64,000 nucleotides of DNA from an uncultured candidatus Porisulfidus sp. (GCA_965116025.1 OZ220480.1:1632001-1696000), one strand, 5' to 3'; positions 20,917 to 30,825 are shown, counted from the first letter of the stretch. The notes: generated from the letters alone by a model not told the origin. Translations and numbers: made by a program.

Positions 20917-21590
20917 CTCTACCTAATCCTGATGACCTTCAGGCGGCATGGCTGGAGGTGAAAGACATTCATAAGGAACATCTTGCGATTCACGGGGTCA
21001 AGTTGCCAAAGGTTGACCACTATACGGAGAGCAACAAGTCTTTGTGGCTAGCTGTGTTGCACTGCTACATGGATAGGCATGTCCATAAGGATGAAATTTC
21101 AGAAATTGCGCAACGAGACATACCGGGATGTGGTTCAGATCAGCAGGTAAGACATCTGAAGCGAGATGGCTGGAGCATTGGCGACAAGCGCGGCATTCAT
21201 AAGTTAAATCCGTACAAACCGTCCCTTACTTTCCTGAATACAGACGCGCGCAAACAGTCAAGATTAGTAGCTAAAGATTTTAATGAATTAAAAGAAATTT
21301 ATGGACATCGATGTGCTACATGCGGGGCCAGAGAGGGAAGGCCAGATCCTCGTTATGGAGAGGAAAAGGTCTCATTACAGCAGGGGCATCAAGACCCGAA
21401 TAAACCGGGTGACGACAGGGGCAACATCATTCCTCAGTGCCAGTTCTGCAACAGGTCTTACAAGAACGACTATGTTTTCGATGATAAGGGTCGTGTCCGT
21501 GCTGTTGCGAATGTCCGACCAGTTCAGCATGCGCATGAAGATGTGCAGAGAAAAATCCTTGATTGGCTGCTGAAGGAGTTCGAGAGATGA
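20913..21590 (+). CDS. HNH (beta-beta-alpha-Me) endonuclease, probable type II restriction enzyme
   Basis: CATC...QGHQDP...N..PQCQFCN zinc-finger HNH; ATGA overlap with the MTase gene. Confidence 0.75.
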   Translation: MTLPNPDDLQAAWLEVKDIHKEHLAIHGVKLPKVDHYTESNKSLWLAVLHCYMDRHVHKDEISEIAQRDIPGCGSDQQVRHLKRDGWSIGDKRGIHKLNPYKPSLTFLNTDARKQSRLVAKDFNELKEIYGHRCATCGAREGRPDPRYGEEKVSLQQGHQDPNKPGDDRGNIIPQCQFCNRSYKNDYVFDDKGRVRAVANVRPVQHAHEDVQRKILDWLLKEFER

Positions 21591-21796
21591 ATTGTTGCGA
21601 AAGAAGAGTATGGTACTTGTCGGGTGCTTTCGAACCCGACAGAAATCTCTTCGCCGAAGCGGACCATCGGAGCCCGCATGCGGGAGATGCCGAAGAAACG
21701 TTGACGGCTCATAAAGAAGCGGGACGAGTCTTGATCGATTCAGACATGTCGCGGGGCGCGCGCGGTTCCCATCCTTTTTGATCTCCAGGTCGTTCG

Positions 21797-22789
21797 GTGG
21801 AGCAACGCATACAAGTCGAGGCGCCCGCGCGCCTGCACTTGGGTTTCTTAGACCTTCGCGGAGATTTGGGACGTCGCTTCGGGGGGGTCGGGGTTAGCCT
21901 GGAGGAAATTCGGACCCGTGTGGAATGCATCCGTGGCGGGGTGGAATGCCGCGCCACGGGGCCTGACTCGGAGCGCGCGCTCGAGTACGCTCACTCGATA
22001 CTAGTCGCGACGAGGTGCGAAGGGGCCGTCAGCGTCAAGGTGTGCCAAGCGATTCCGCGTCATGCGGGGCTAGGATCTGGCACGCAAATGGCCTTAGCCG
22101 TTGGCACGGCGGTGAGCCACCTGTTCGAGTTGGACCTGAATCCGTATGATATCGCGGAGATGCTTGGTCGGGGAGGGCGTTCTGGCATTGGGATCGGCTC
22201 GTTCGAGCAGGGAGGCTTTCTGGTGGATGGCGGGAGGGGAGACGAAGATATGCCTCCTCCGATCATCGCTCGGCATGCTTTCCCCAACAACTGGAGGATC
22301 ATTCTGCTGATGGCGCGCGGCGACAAGGAGGGACTCTCCGGCGAGACGGAACGTCGCGCCTTCGTCGATCTTCCAGAGTTTCCCGCCGCGGACGCGGCAC
22401 GCCTGTGCCATTTGACCCTGATGCGGGTTCTGCCGTCCCTCCGGGAATTCTGGTTTTCGGGTTTCGCTTCGGGGATAGGCGAGATGCAGGACAGGATCGG
22501 AGATTACTTCGCTCCCGCGCAAGGCGGGCGGGTCGCGCACCAGAAGGTCATGAACATCCTCAAGCGAGCGAAACGGCTCGGATTTTCTGGAGTCGGCCAA
22601 AGCTCCTGGGGGCCGACTGGATTCATCCTGACGGACGGGGAGGACCGGGCCCGCGAGCTGGTCCGGGAACTCCAGCCCGTCGATGAGGGGCTGAAGGTTC
22701 GAATCGTCAGCGCTTCCAACCAAGGACATCAATGTATATCCACCGACATGACGAAAGTGGAAAATACGGATCCTCAAACCATAACATGA
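21797..22789 (+). CDS. mptG: Beta-ribofuranosylaminobenzene 5'-phosphate synthase (orf4), GHMP kinase fold
   Basis: PARLHLGFLD, HAGLGSGTQ, RSGIG and GQSSWGPT motifs; first gene of the H4MPT cluster. Confidence 0.92.
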   Translation: MEQRIQVEAPARLHLGFLDLRGDLGRRFGGVGVSLEEIRTRVECIRGGVECRATGPDSERALEYAHSILVATRCEGAVSVKVCQAIPRHAGLGSGTQMALAVGTAVSHLFELDLNPYDIAEMLGRGGRSGIGIGSFEQGGFLVDGGRGDEDMPPPIIARHAFPNNWRIILLMARGDKEGLSGETERRAFVDLPEFPAADAARLCHLTLMRVLPSLREFWFSGFASGIGEMQDRIGDYFAPAQGGRVAHQKVMNILKRAKRLGFSGVGQSSWGPTGFILTDGEDRARELVRELQPVDEGLKVRIVSASNQGHQCISTDMTKVENTDPQTIT

Positions 22790-22808
22790 CATGCAAGGAA
22801 GGAACCTC

Positions 22809-23708
22809 ATGGAGAAAAAATATCTTTTGCACATGCTGACTTCGGCGAAGAACCTGAGTCCGTTCGACGCTAACATGGCCTACGATGCTGGCTGGGATAC
22901 CTGCGTTCCCTATACCCAGGTGGAAACGGACGAGGTCAAGGGACTGGTTGAGGACGCGATCTTCTCACGGGGGCCAAGCGGCGGAAAACGCACCGGCTTG
23001 TTCATTGGCGGGCGCGACATGCACCAGGCCATGGATATGTTGGAAGTCTGCCAGAAGTCCATGCTTCCCCCGTTCGTCGTGTCGGCGTTTGCGGATCCCA
23101 GTGGGGCGTTCACGACGGCAGCGGCCATGGTAGCCAAGGTGGAGAAAGCCCTGCGCGACACCCATTCGATGGATCTTTCAGGACGGCGCGTTCTGGCGCT
23201 CGGCGGCACGGGGCCGGTGGGCTCAGCGGCGGCCGTGATCGCCGCGAGCGCGGGCGCTCGCGTCACCATTTTGGGGCGGAAGAAGGAGAAAAGCGCCGAT
23301 GTGGCTGATTTGTGCAACCGAAAGTATGGTGCGGACCCGGAGGTCGATGGTGAGGCCAACGATCAATTGGACCAGTTGCTGGAAGACGCGGATGTCGTGC
23401 TCGCGTCAGCCGCCGCTGGCATTCAGTTAGTGTCGAGGGAGCAGATGTCCCAGGCCCCCAAGCTGAAAGTGGCCGCGGACGTCAACGCGGTGCCGCCCTC
23501 CGGCATCCATGGGCTAGGGGTCATGGACGATGGCGGCCCGATTGAGGATTCTCGGAGCGGAGCGGTCGGCATCGGCGCGCTCGCTATCGGGAACGTGAAA
23601 TACCAGACCCAGCATCGATTGCTCCAGCGGATGCGGAGGTCCAAGGAGCCGGTGTACCTTCATTTCGAGCATGCCTTCGAAGTGGCGCGTCAGTGCGCCT
23701 CGGAATAG
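22809..23708 (+). CDS. mtdB: NAD(P)-dependent methylene-H4MPT dehydrogenase
   Basis: SPFDANMAYDAG, DAIFSRGP, ADPSGAFTTAAA, GGTGPVG, DVNAVPPSG and GALAIGNVKYQ motifs. Confidence 0.92.
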   Translation: MEKKYLLHMLTSAKNLSPFDANMAYDAGWDTCVPYTQVETDEVKGLVEDAIFSRGPSGGKRTGLFIGGRDMHQAMDMLEVCQKSMLPPFVVSAFADPSGAFTTAAAMVAKVEKALRDTHSMDLSGRRVLALGGTGPVGSAAAVIAASAGARVTILGRKKEKSADVADLCNRKYGADPEVDGEANDQLDQLLEDADVVLASAAAGIQLVSREQMSQAPKLKVAADVNAVPPSGIHGLGVMDDGGPIEDSRSGAVGIGALAIGNVKYQTQHRLLQRMRRSKEPVYLHFEHAFEVARQCASE

Positions 23709-24852
23709 CGGGAAGCTGTTTCTTCTGTCGGCCTCGGCGCGGGCGCATGCGTGGGTTGCCATGCGTCGCTTGCGTCCGGTCGTGGCTATTGACGGCTTCC
23801 TCGACGCGGATCTGATTGCTGACGATACGGTCCGGGCCACCTTGGACCACGGGCAATTCACGCCGGAAATCCTGGAGATCGTGTCGAAAAGGAGCCGGTC
23901 AGGCGATGCGCTGGCCTACGGTTCTGGATTCGAGGCGCGTCCCGATTTGCTGGATCGGTTGCGAGCTTCCGTCCACGTGCTGGGGAACGCCCCCGATGTC
24001 GTGCGCCTATGCTCTGACCCCTTTCGCCTGTCCAAGCGTCTCGCGAGCCTCGGGTTGCGTGGACCGGAAACCCTGAATCGCCCGCCTGAAAACCGGGAAA
24101 ATTGGCTCGTCAAAAGAAAAGGCCGGTCCGGTGGGCATCATGTTCAGCCTGCCTCCCAGGTTTCTGGACGCTCGAGTTCTTTGTGCTGGCAACGCGAATG
24201 CGCTGGCGAGCCACATTCCGCGTTGCTTCTGGCGGGGGATGGGAAAGCTCGGATCGTCGGGATCAGTCGATCGCTGGCTTCCGAAAGTCCCGACGCGCCA
24301 TACGCGTGGAGTGGCGCTATCGGTCCGATTAGGGTGAAGCCCGAGGTTATCGAGCAAGTACAATGGGCGGCGCGAGTTTTGGCGCGCGACCTTAATCTTC
24401 TCGGCCTTTGCGGCATTGATTTCATCATCGATTCTAAAAAAGAGGCGCATGTCGTGGATGTTAATCCGAGATTGGTGGCCACTTGCGAGCTGTACGCGGA
24501 GCGTTTCATCTCCGACTACATGAGCGCGCACGTCGAGACTTGCCGCTCCGGTGACCCTGACGAGCATCTGCTTCCTGATGTGAAACGAAGGGGCGGCACG
24601 TGGGGGATGCGAGTGGTATACGCGCCATGCGCGACGATGGCTATGGATAGCTGGATCTGGCCGAAGGGAACGTCCGACCTTCCGATCCCGGGCTCCCGCG
24701 TGGAAGTTGGACGGCCCTTATGCACCGTGCGGGGCCGTTTTTCCAGCGTCGACGAAGCGCGCGCGGGTTTGCGGGCCCTCCGCCAGCAGGTTTTGGCGCG
24801 TTTGCGCCCCGCGTCACCCCACCAAAATTCTTCCCGGAGTTCCCACCCATGA
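23671..24852 (+). CDS. ATP-grasp protein OrfY of the H4MPT/methylofuran cluster (start uncertain)
   Basis: SASARA, AIDGFLDAD, YGSGFE, GGHHV, GIDF, DVNPR and PLCTV motifs; lies between mtdB and mch. Confidence 0.75.
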   Translation: MPSKWRVSAPRNSGKLFLLSASARAHAWVAMRRLRPVVAIDGFLDADLIADDTVRATLDHGQFTPEILEIVSKRSRSGDALAYGSGFEARPDLLDRLRASVHVLGNAPDVVRLCSDPFRLSKRLASLGLRGPETLNRPPENRENWLVKRKGRSGGHHVQPASQVSGRSSSLCWQRECAGEPHSALLLAGDGKARIVGISRSLASESPDAPYAWSGAIGPIRVKPEVIEQVQWAARVLARDLNLLGLCGIDFIIDSKKEAHVVDVNPRLVATCELYAERFISDYMSAHVETCRSGDPDEHLLPDVKRRGGTWGMRVVYAPCATMAMDSWIWPKGTSDLPIPGSRVEVGRPLCTVRGRFSSVDEARAGLRALRQQVLARLRPASPHQNSSRSSHP

Positions 24853-25811
24853 GATCACCTATAAGCATCAATCGTCAGGCCGAACCCTTGGTCCGCTCTC
24901 TCTCCCAGCAGGCATGGAGCCTGCGCATCGCGGAGTCGCCCACGGAAGAGGGAGTCTGGGTGATGGATGCCGGTATCAACGTGGTTGGTGGCATTGAGGC
25001 GGGCCGCCAGATCGCGGAGATATGCATGGGCGGAATGGGGCAGGCCACGCTGACCTACAGTGGATTGGGGGACTGGCCGTTAACCATACATGTCCACACG
25101 CAACATCCGGTGTTGGCCTGTCTGGCGAGCCAGTACGCGGGGTGGTCCCTGAGTGACAAGGAAAGCGGGTTTCACGCGCTGGGATCGGGGCCGGCCCGCT
25201 GCATGGCGCAAAAAGAGGATTTGTTCCAGAAAATCGATTACCGCGATTCCTACATCTACACGGCCTTGGTTTTGGAAGTCGACAAGATTCCCCCACGAGC
25301 CGTGCGCGAGAAAATCTGCGCGGACTGCGGAGTCGAGCCATTCAACTTGACCTTGATTTTGACTCCCACCACGAGTCTGGCTGGAACGGTCCAGGTCGTG
25401 GGCCGGGTGCTGGAGGTGGGGTTGCACAAGGCCCATGAGCTGGGGTTCGACCTGAATTGCGTGGTGGATGGCATTGGAAGCGCCCCGATTCCTCCGCTGG
25501 ACAGCTCGAGCATGGTGCGGATGATGGGCCGCACGAACGACGCCATCCTGTTCGGGGGGCAGATCAAGCTCTTCGTCCAGTCCACTGACGAGGAGGCGGA
25601 GCGGCTCGCGACGGATCTGCCCAGTTGCACGTCCCGCGATTACGGCAAGCCGTTCGCCGAGGTTTTCAAGGAGCACGACCACGACTTCTTCCAGATCGAC
25701 CCAATGCTGTTCAGCCCGGCTCGAGTCCTGGTTAACAACATCCGCACGGGACGCTCGTTCGCCGCCGGCGAGATCAACCACGATTTGCTCGAGCAGTCAT
25801 TCGCGCGATGA
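24849..25811 (+). CDS. mch: Methenyl-H4MPT cyclohydrolase
   Basis: ICMGG, ACLASQYAGW, LGSGPAR, MGRTNDAILFGG, SRDYGKPF and DPMLFSPA motifs; ATGA overlap. Confidence 0.96.
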   Translation: MRSPISINRQAEPLVRSLSQQAWSLRIAESPTEEGVWVMDAGINVVGGIEAGRQIAEICMGGMGQATLTYSGLGDWPLTIHVHTQHPVLACLASQYAGWSLSDKESGFHALGSGPARCMAQKEDLFQKIDYRDSYIYTALVLEVDKIPPRAVREKICADCGVEPFNLTLILTPTTSLAGTVQVVGRVLEVGLHKAHELGFDLNCVVDGIGSAPIPPLDSSSMVRMMGRTNDAILFGGQIKLFVQSTDEEAERLATDLPSCTSRDYGKPFAEVFKEHDHDFFQIDPMLFSPARVLVNNIRTGRSFAAGEINHDLLEQSFAR

Positions 25812-26719
25812 TCGCGCGCGGGCGTTACGCCATCGTGACCGACCAGCCAGGCTGGCATGGTCACCAATTGCGCCAAGCATTGGAGGATCGAGGGCTAGAG
25901 GGCGTTTTCGTGAGACTGCAGGAATGCCGATTGGAGACGAGGGACGACGGACCGAGAATCGAGATTCCCGGCTTCGAGGAGGCGCTTCCGGCAGGGGCGT
26001 TCATTCGCGAGGTGCCCGGGGGAAGCCTCGAGGAAGTCGTCTTCTATCTGGATATCCTGCATGCTCTGGAAGTTTCGGGCATCAAGGTCTACAACGATGC
26101 TGGCGCGATCGAGCGTAGCGTGGATAAGGCTCGGGCCAGCTTTCTGTTCGCCTCGCGCGGCGTTCCTACGCCGCGCACTTTCGTGGCGCGGAACCTTCGC
26201 CAAGTCCGTGACTTCTTGGATCACTGGCTGGCGGCCCGAGAGCATCTGGTGGCGAAGCCGGTCTTCGGATCTCAAGGCAGGGGGCTGAAGCTCCTGTCGC
26301 GAGACGATCCTCATCCTGATTACGATCTGTCTCGCGGAATTTACTATCTTCAGGAATACATCGAGCCGGCAACGTCCGGCTATCGCGATTGGAGGGTGCT
26401 GGTCGTTGGAGGACGGGCCGTGGCCGCTATGCGCAGGGAGAGCGAAGACTGGATCAGCAATATCGCTAATGGAGGGCAGGGCCACCCTGTCTCGCTTGAG
26501 CCGGAACTAAGCCAACTGGCGGAGCGCGCGGTGGCGGCGGTCGAGATGCCGTACGCTGGCGTGGATCTGATGCGTGATCGAGAAGGAGTCGTTTGGGTGA
26601 CCGAGGTCAACAGCATTCCGGCATGGAAGGGACTTCAGGAGACGCACCAGGCGAGCGTAACCGACATGCTCATCGAGGGATTCTTGATCCACTGCCATGG
26701 AGAAGCCTCGGCTTCCTGA
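25808..26719 (+). CDS. RimK-family ATP-grasp glutamate ligase (orf5 of the C1 cluster)
   Basis: GWHG, GSLEEV, IERSVDK, KPVFGSQGRG and EVNSIPAWKGLQ motifs. Confidence 0.88.
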   Translation: MIARGRYAIVTDQPGWHGHQLRQALEDRGLEGVFVRLQECRLETRDDGPRIEIPGFEEALPAGAFIREVPGGSLEEVVFYLDILHALEVSGIKVYNDAGAIERSVDKARASFLFASRGVPTPRTFVARNLRQVRDFLDHWLAAREHLVAKPVFGSQGRGLKLLSRDDPHPDYDLSRGIYYLQEYIEPATSGYRDWRVLVVGGRAVAAMRRESEDWISNIANGGQGHPVSLEPELSQLAERAVAAVEMPYAGVDLMRDREGVVWVTEVNSIPAWKGLQETHQASVTDMLIEGFLIHCHGEASAS

Positions 26720-26731
26720 CTAGGACTCTGA

Positions 26732-27637
26732 ATGGCCAGGCACCTGCGCGCTTGCTATGACCCTTCTTGGCGTTTCGCCTCGCGGCAGTTCCTGTACGCC
26801 TGCATGCTGGATCAGCAGGCGCTGAAGCCTGGCAACGTTGGACTGCATGGAGAGGGACACGGAAAAACCAGTCAGGATTTTCGGCGTAGCGCTCAAGCGT
26901 CAGCCGAGCTCGTCACTCGCCCGGATTGGAGCTTGGGCCGCAGGATCCGTGAGGCGGCCCAAGCGAGCTGGGATGTGGCGGGTTGCAATACCAACCTTGG
27001 AGTCTTGCTTCTGGCCGCGCCACTCGTTTCCGCCTATTACCGAAAAGAGCCGGTCGGGCTGGGTCAGCGCGTCGAAAGCGCGCTAGCCGAGACCACCGTC
27101 GAGGACGCGCGGGAAGCGTATCGAGCGATCCGGCTGGTCCGCCCCGCGGGGTTGGGGCGTGCCGAGCGGGCGGATGTTCGCGACCGTCCGAACGTTTCTT
27201 TGCGCGAAGCTATGGAGCTGGCCGCTGGAAGAGACCGAATCGCCGCGGAATATCGGGATGGGCTTCCAGTCGTCCTCTCCGAGGCCCGGCCGCTATGGGA
27301 GTCGCTATGTTTTCGCTGGGACGACGAGCGGTGGGCGATGGCCGGAGTTTTCCTGACCCTCCTTGGGCGCTATCCGGACTCCCACATCGCCCGCACGCAT
27401 GGCGAGGAGGCGGCGCGTTCGGTTAGTGGTAAGATTAAAAGGCTAGCCGATGAATTTCGTGAGACCGATTCTCCCGAAGACTATCGGCCAAGGCTCCTGG
27501 AACTGGACGCTTCATGGAAGAGCTCAGGTTTCAGCCCGGGAACCACAGCGGATTTGACCCTGGCTGGGGTCTTCGCCGCTCGGCTCGACGGGTGGAGCAA
27601 AGATAAGGACAAGGCTGTTCTTGTCGCCGGGGGGTGA
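26732..27637 (+). CDS. CitG-like triphosphoribosyl-dephospho-CoA synthase family protein (orf7)
   Basis: KPGNV, NTNLGVLLL, DSHIAR and PGTTADL motifs; canonical position after orf5. Confidence 0.85.
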   Translation: MARHLRACYDPSWRFASRQFLYACMLDQQALKPGNVGLHGEGHGKTSQDFRRSAQASAELVTRPDWSLGRRIREAAQASWDVAGCNTNLGVLLLAAPLVSAYYRKEPVGLGQRVESALAETTVEDAREAYRAIRLVRPAGLGRAERADVRDRPNVSLREAMELAAGRDRIAAEYRDGLPVVLSEARPLWESLCFRWDDERWAMAGVFLTLLGRYPDSHIARTHGEEAARSVSGKIKRLADEFRETDSPEDYRPRLLELDASWKSSGFSPGTTADLTLAGVFAARLDGWSKDKDKAVLVAGG

Positions 27638-27715
27638 CTCCCGAAATCCGCTGGATTCGCCGGGTTGCTCGTCGGGTCCGCTGTTTGCAAAACAAAAACT
27701 GGAGTAACTGTAACA

Positions 27716-28240
27716 ATGGCAATCGATAAAGTTCTCGTGGGTGAGGCTTTGGTCAACGACAACGATCCTTCGGGGACCATGGCCGAAATCGCTCACATCG
27801 ATCTTCTAATTGGCCCGCGCGGCTCCGCCGCGGAGACGGCTTTCTGCAATGGTCTGGTCAACAACAAGGACGGCTTCACGACGCTGCTCGCGGTGGTAGG
27901 GCCCAACCTGCCCTGTAAGCCGGACACCATGATGTACAACAAGGTCACGATCAAGGGGGCCAAGCAAGCCGTCCAGATGTTCGGTCCCGCCCAAAAGGCG
28001 GTCGCCATGGCGGTCGCCGATTCCGTGGAATCCGGGGTCATCTCGAAAGACGAGTGCGACAATCTGTATATCTGCGTTGGCGTGTTCATCCACTGGGAGG
28101 CCGACAGCGATGCCGCGATCTACGAGAATAACTACAAAGCGACTAAGCAGGCTATCGCGAACGCCGTGAACGGGGTCCCGACCGTGGACGACATGCTTTC
28201 CCAGAAAGATACCACCGACCATCCGTTCCAGGGCTTCTGA
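27716..28240 (+). CDS. fae: Formaldehyde-activating enzyme
   Basis: [44 protein letters not shown] and HPF motifs; GGAG RBS before ATG 27716. Confidence 0.96.
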   Translation: MAIDKVLVGEALVNDNDPSGTMAEIAHIDLLIGPRGSAAETAFCNGLVNNKDGFTTLLAVVGPNLPCKPDTMMYNKVTIKGAKQAVQMFGPAQKAVAMAVADSVESGVISKDECDNLYICVGVFIHWEADSDAAIYENNYKATKQAIANAVNGVPTVDDMLSQKDTTDHPFQGF

Positions 28241-28250
28241 TCAAGCCTTT

Positions 28251-28293
28251 CGCATAAAAAAACGCCGCGCTTCGCGCGGCGTTTTTTTATGCG
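28251..28293. terminator. Bidirectional intrinsic terminator after fae
   Basis: Perfect 20-bp inverted repeat CGCATAAAAAAACGCCGCGC-TTC-GCGCGGCGTTTTTTTATGCG, including A7 and T7 tracts. Confidence 0.9.
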
Positions 28294-28515
28294 CGAGGCC
28301 GGGTTTTCAAGGATTCGTCCAGAGCGCTTTCTCGATTCCAGGTATTTTGACGTGACCATCTAGCTTTCTCGGGCGACAGTTTCGTGATATTTCTCTTCGC
28401 CCACCCGTCACGCGTATGCGTGGCCTCATAGCGCTTTTGACCGACGGTCGTTTTGTGATAGCATGATTGGAATAGAATCGGCAGTCAGATTTTCTATCGA
28501 ACAGGAGACGGCGAT

Positions 28516-28914
28516 ATGAGCGGTAGTATTACCGTTCGCGGCATCGACCCTAGTGACAAATCTTGGCTCAGGCGCGAGGCGCACCGGGCCGGAGTGTCGA
28601 TAGAGGAGTTGGTTCGCCGCCTGATCAGAGAGAAGCGTATGGCTGATCGTCGCCCGAAACCGTCCGAGGCTTTCGCGCGGCATTTCGGAGAGAAGCATGG
28701 TATCGATCATCTAGAGTTGCCGCGGTATGGATATAGGTGGCGTACAAGCAGGCACCGATCTTTTTGGGAGTCACCGACACTGCAGGAATTGGCGAACGCG
28801 CAAAGTGCGCGACCTGTTGATGATCTTCACGCGCTCTTTGGCACTTGGCTAGGAGAAAAGGACGATGGTTTTGAAGAAGCGGTCGATGAATTGCGACGTG
28901 TCCGATCCTCGTGA
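28516..28914 (+). CDS. FitA-like ribbon-helix-helix antitoxin-type protein, apparently chimeric; no toxin adjacent
   Basis: SITVRGID...LRREAHRAGVSIEELVRRLI RHH; unrelated-looking C-terminal part (FWESPTLQELA...); CAGGAG RBS. Confidence 0.6.
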   Translation: MSGSITVRGIDPSDKSWLRREAHRAGVSIEELVRRLIREKRMADRRPKPSEAFARHFGEKHGIDHLELPRYGYRWRTSRHRSFWESPTLQELANAQSARPVDDLHALFGTWLGEKDDGFEEAVDELRRVRSS

Positions 28915-28926
28915 TAGGGATGCGTC

Positions 28927-30825
28927 ATGGATAAGATCGTCGCTAGTGACCCGGAAGCCCGCTCCACGGATATTATTGTTGAGAACATTGAGCGGCTGAA
29001 GGAAGTTTTTCCCGAGGCGTTCACCGAAGGCAAGGTGGATTTTGAGAGGCTACGGCAATTACTCGGTGGTGCGGTGGATGATAGCGAGGAGAAATACGGA
29101 CTCAATTGGCATGGTAAACGTCGCGCAAGACAGATAGCACTTACTCCATCAACCGGTACTTTGCGCCCATTTCGCAAGGAAAGCGTAGATTGGGACACGA
29201 CACGAAATCTGGTTATTGAGGGCGACAATCTGGATGTGTTGAAGCTACTGCAGAAGAGTTATGCTGGGAAAATCAAGCTAATTTACATCGATCCTCCATA
29301 CAATACTGGAAACGATCTAATCTATAAAAACAATTTCCACGAGATTAAGCACAGTTACTTTTCTCGAACCGGCGAAGCGAACTCTGAAACTGGATATTTT
29401 AAAAGTAATCCAGTTTCTGGGGGCCGTTACCATTCCAATTGGTTGTCAATGATGTTTCCACGCTTGTTATTAGCTCAGTATTTGCTACAAAAAGATGGAG
29501 TTTTGATCTGCACAATTGATGAGAACGAAATGGCTACTTTGGCCGAAATTTTAAAAGAGATTTTTATTGAGGGACTATACGATCATGTTTGCGTGACAAT
29601 CGTTCATAATCCGCGTGGCGTGCAGGGCAAAAATTTTTCATACACCCATGAATATGCTTTCTTTGTTTTTCCAAAGGGCATTAAGGTAATTGCTGATAGA
29701 AAGATAAACGAGGCAGATATTCAGTGGTCCCAGTTTCGGAATTGGGGAACAGAATCTGAACGACACAATGCAAAAAATTGCTTCTATCCGATCTTGGTTC
29801 AAGATGACGCGATTATTGGCTTTGGCGATGTTTGTTCAGACGAAGAGCATCCGAAGCAGTCTGAATTTCATGAAGGATTAGTACATGTTTACCCTATAGA
29901 CACTTCAGGGATAGAACGTAAGTGGCGTTACGCTAGGCAATCTGTGGATTCAATTCGGCACTTGCTACGAGCGCGAAAACGCGGAGAGGGATATGAAATA
30001 GAAATCGGCAAAAATTTTGGTCGCTATCGCACCGTATGGACGGAGAAGGAGTTAGATGCCAATGAGTATGGGACCAAAATTCTTAAAGCGTTAGTGCCAG
30101 ATGCCCCTTTTTCTTTCCCGAAGAGTTTATGGGCAGTTTACAACTGCATTCATGCGACTACACAAGATGACACAGAGGCTATTGTTTTGGACTTTTTTGC
30201 GGGTAGTGGCACTACCGGTCATGCGCTATGGGAAATGAACAAGAGCGATAACGGGCAGAGGCGTTGCATTTTGGTTCAGATAGATGAAGAAATTAATAAT
30301 TCTGCTCGTTTCAACTCAATTGCTGACTTAACTAAGGAACGTCTGCGCATTGCAGGCCAGAAAATCAGGCAAGAATCAAATCTACCATCGGATCTCGGCT
30401 TTCGCGTATTTAAACTTGACACATCCAATATCCGGGCTTGGAATTCAAAGCCTACTGATCTGGAGAGTGAACTGCTTGCCAGCTGTGATCATATCGAGGC
30501 TGGGCGAACTGAACAAGACATTCTCTATGAATTACTCCTGAAATTCGGTCTTGATCTTTGCGTTCCTATAGAGACTCGGATCATTGAGGGTAAATCCGTA
30601 CATTCGGTCGGCGCCGGTACTTTGATCGTCTGTCTTGATAAGGTTATTTCGTGCGATGATGTGAAATCGCTAGCGGCGGGCATCACTGAGTGGCATGACG
30701 CACTTGCGCCCACGGGTGAATCTACCGTTATTTTCCGTGATACTGCTTTTGCTAATGATGTCGCTAAGGTAAACATTGCTGAAACTCTCAAGCAAAGTGG
30801 TATCAAACATGTGCGAAGCCTGTGA
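28927..30825 (+). CDS. mod: Type III R-M methyltransferase
   Basis: EKYGLNWHGK, IEGDNL, IYIDPPYNTG, LDFFAGSGTT, GFRVFKLD and VRSL C-terminus; lower GC in the central target-recognition region. Confidence 0.95.
   Translation: MDKIVASDPEARSTDIIVENIERLKEVFPEAFTEGKVDFERLRQLLGGAVDDSEEKYGLNWHGKRRARQIALTPSTGTLRPFRKESVDWDTTRNLVIEGDNLDVLKLLQKSYAGKIKLIYIDPPYNTGNDLIYKNNFHEIKHSYFSRTGEANSETGYFKSNPVSGGRYHSNWLSMMFPRLLLAQYLLQKDGVLICTIDENEMATLAEILKEIFIEGLYDHVCVTIVHNPRGVQGKNFSYTHEYAFFVFPKGIKVIADRKINEADIQWSQFRNWGTESERHNAKNCFYPILVQDDAIIGFGDVCSDEEHPKQSEFHEGLVHVYPIDTSGIERKWRYARQSVDSIRHLLRARKRGEGYEIEIGKNFGRYRTVWTEKELDANEYGTKILKALVPDAPFSFPKSLWAVYNCIHATTQDDTEAIVLDFFAGSGTTGHALWEMNKSDNGQRRCILVQIDEEINNSARFNSIADLTKERLRIAGQKIRQESNLPSDLGFRVFKLDTSNIRAWNSKPTDLESELLASCDHIEAGRTEQDILYELLLKFGLDLCVPIETRIIEGKSVHSVGAGTLIVCLDKVISCDDVKSLAAGITEWHDALAPTGESTVIFRDTAFANDVAKVNIAETLKQSGIKHVRSL

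Noticed and set aside
28927-30825. Phase-variable repeat tract in the type III mod gene
   Set aside because: I looked for one; no long simple repeat is visible and the frame is intact.
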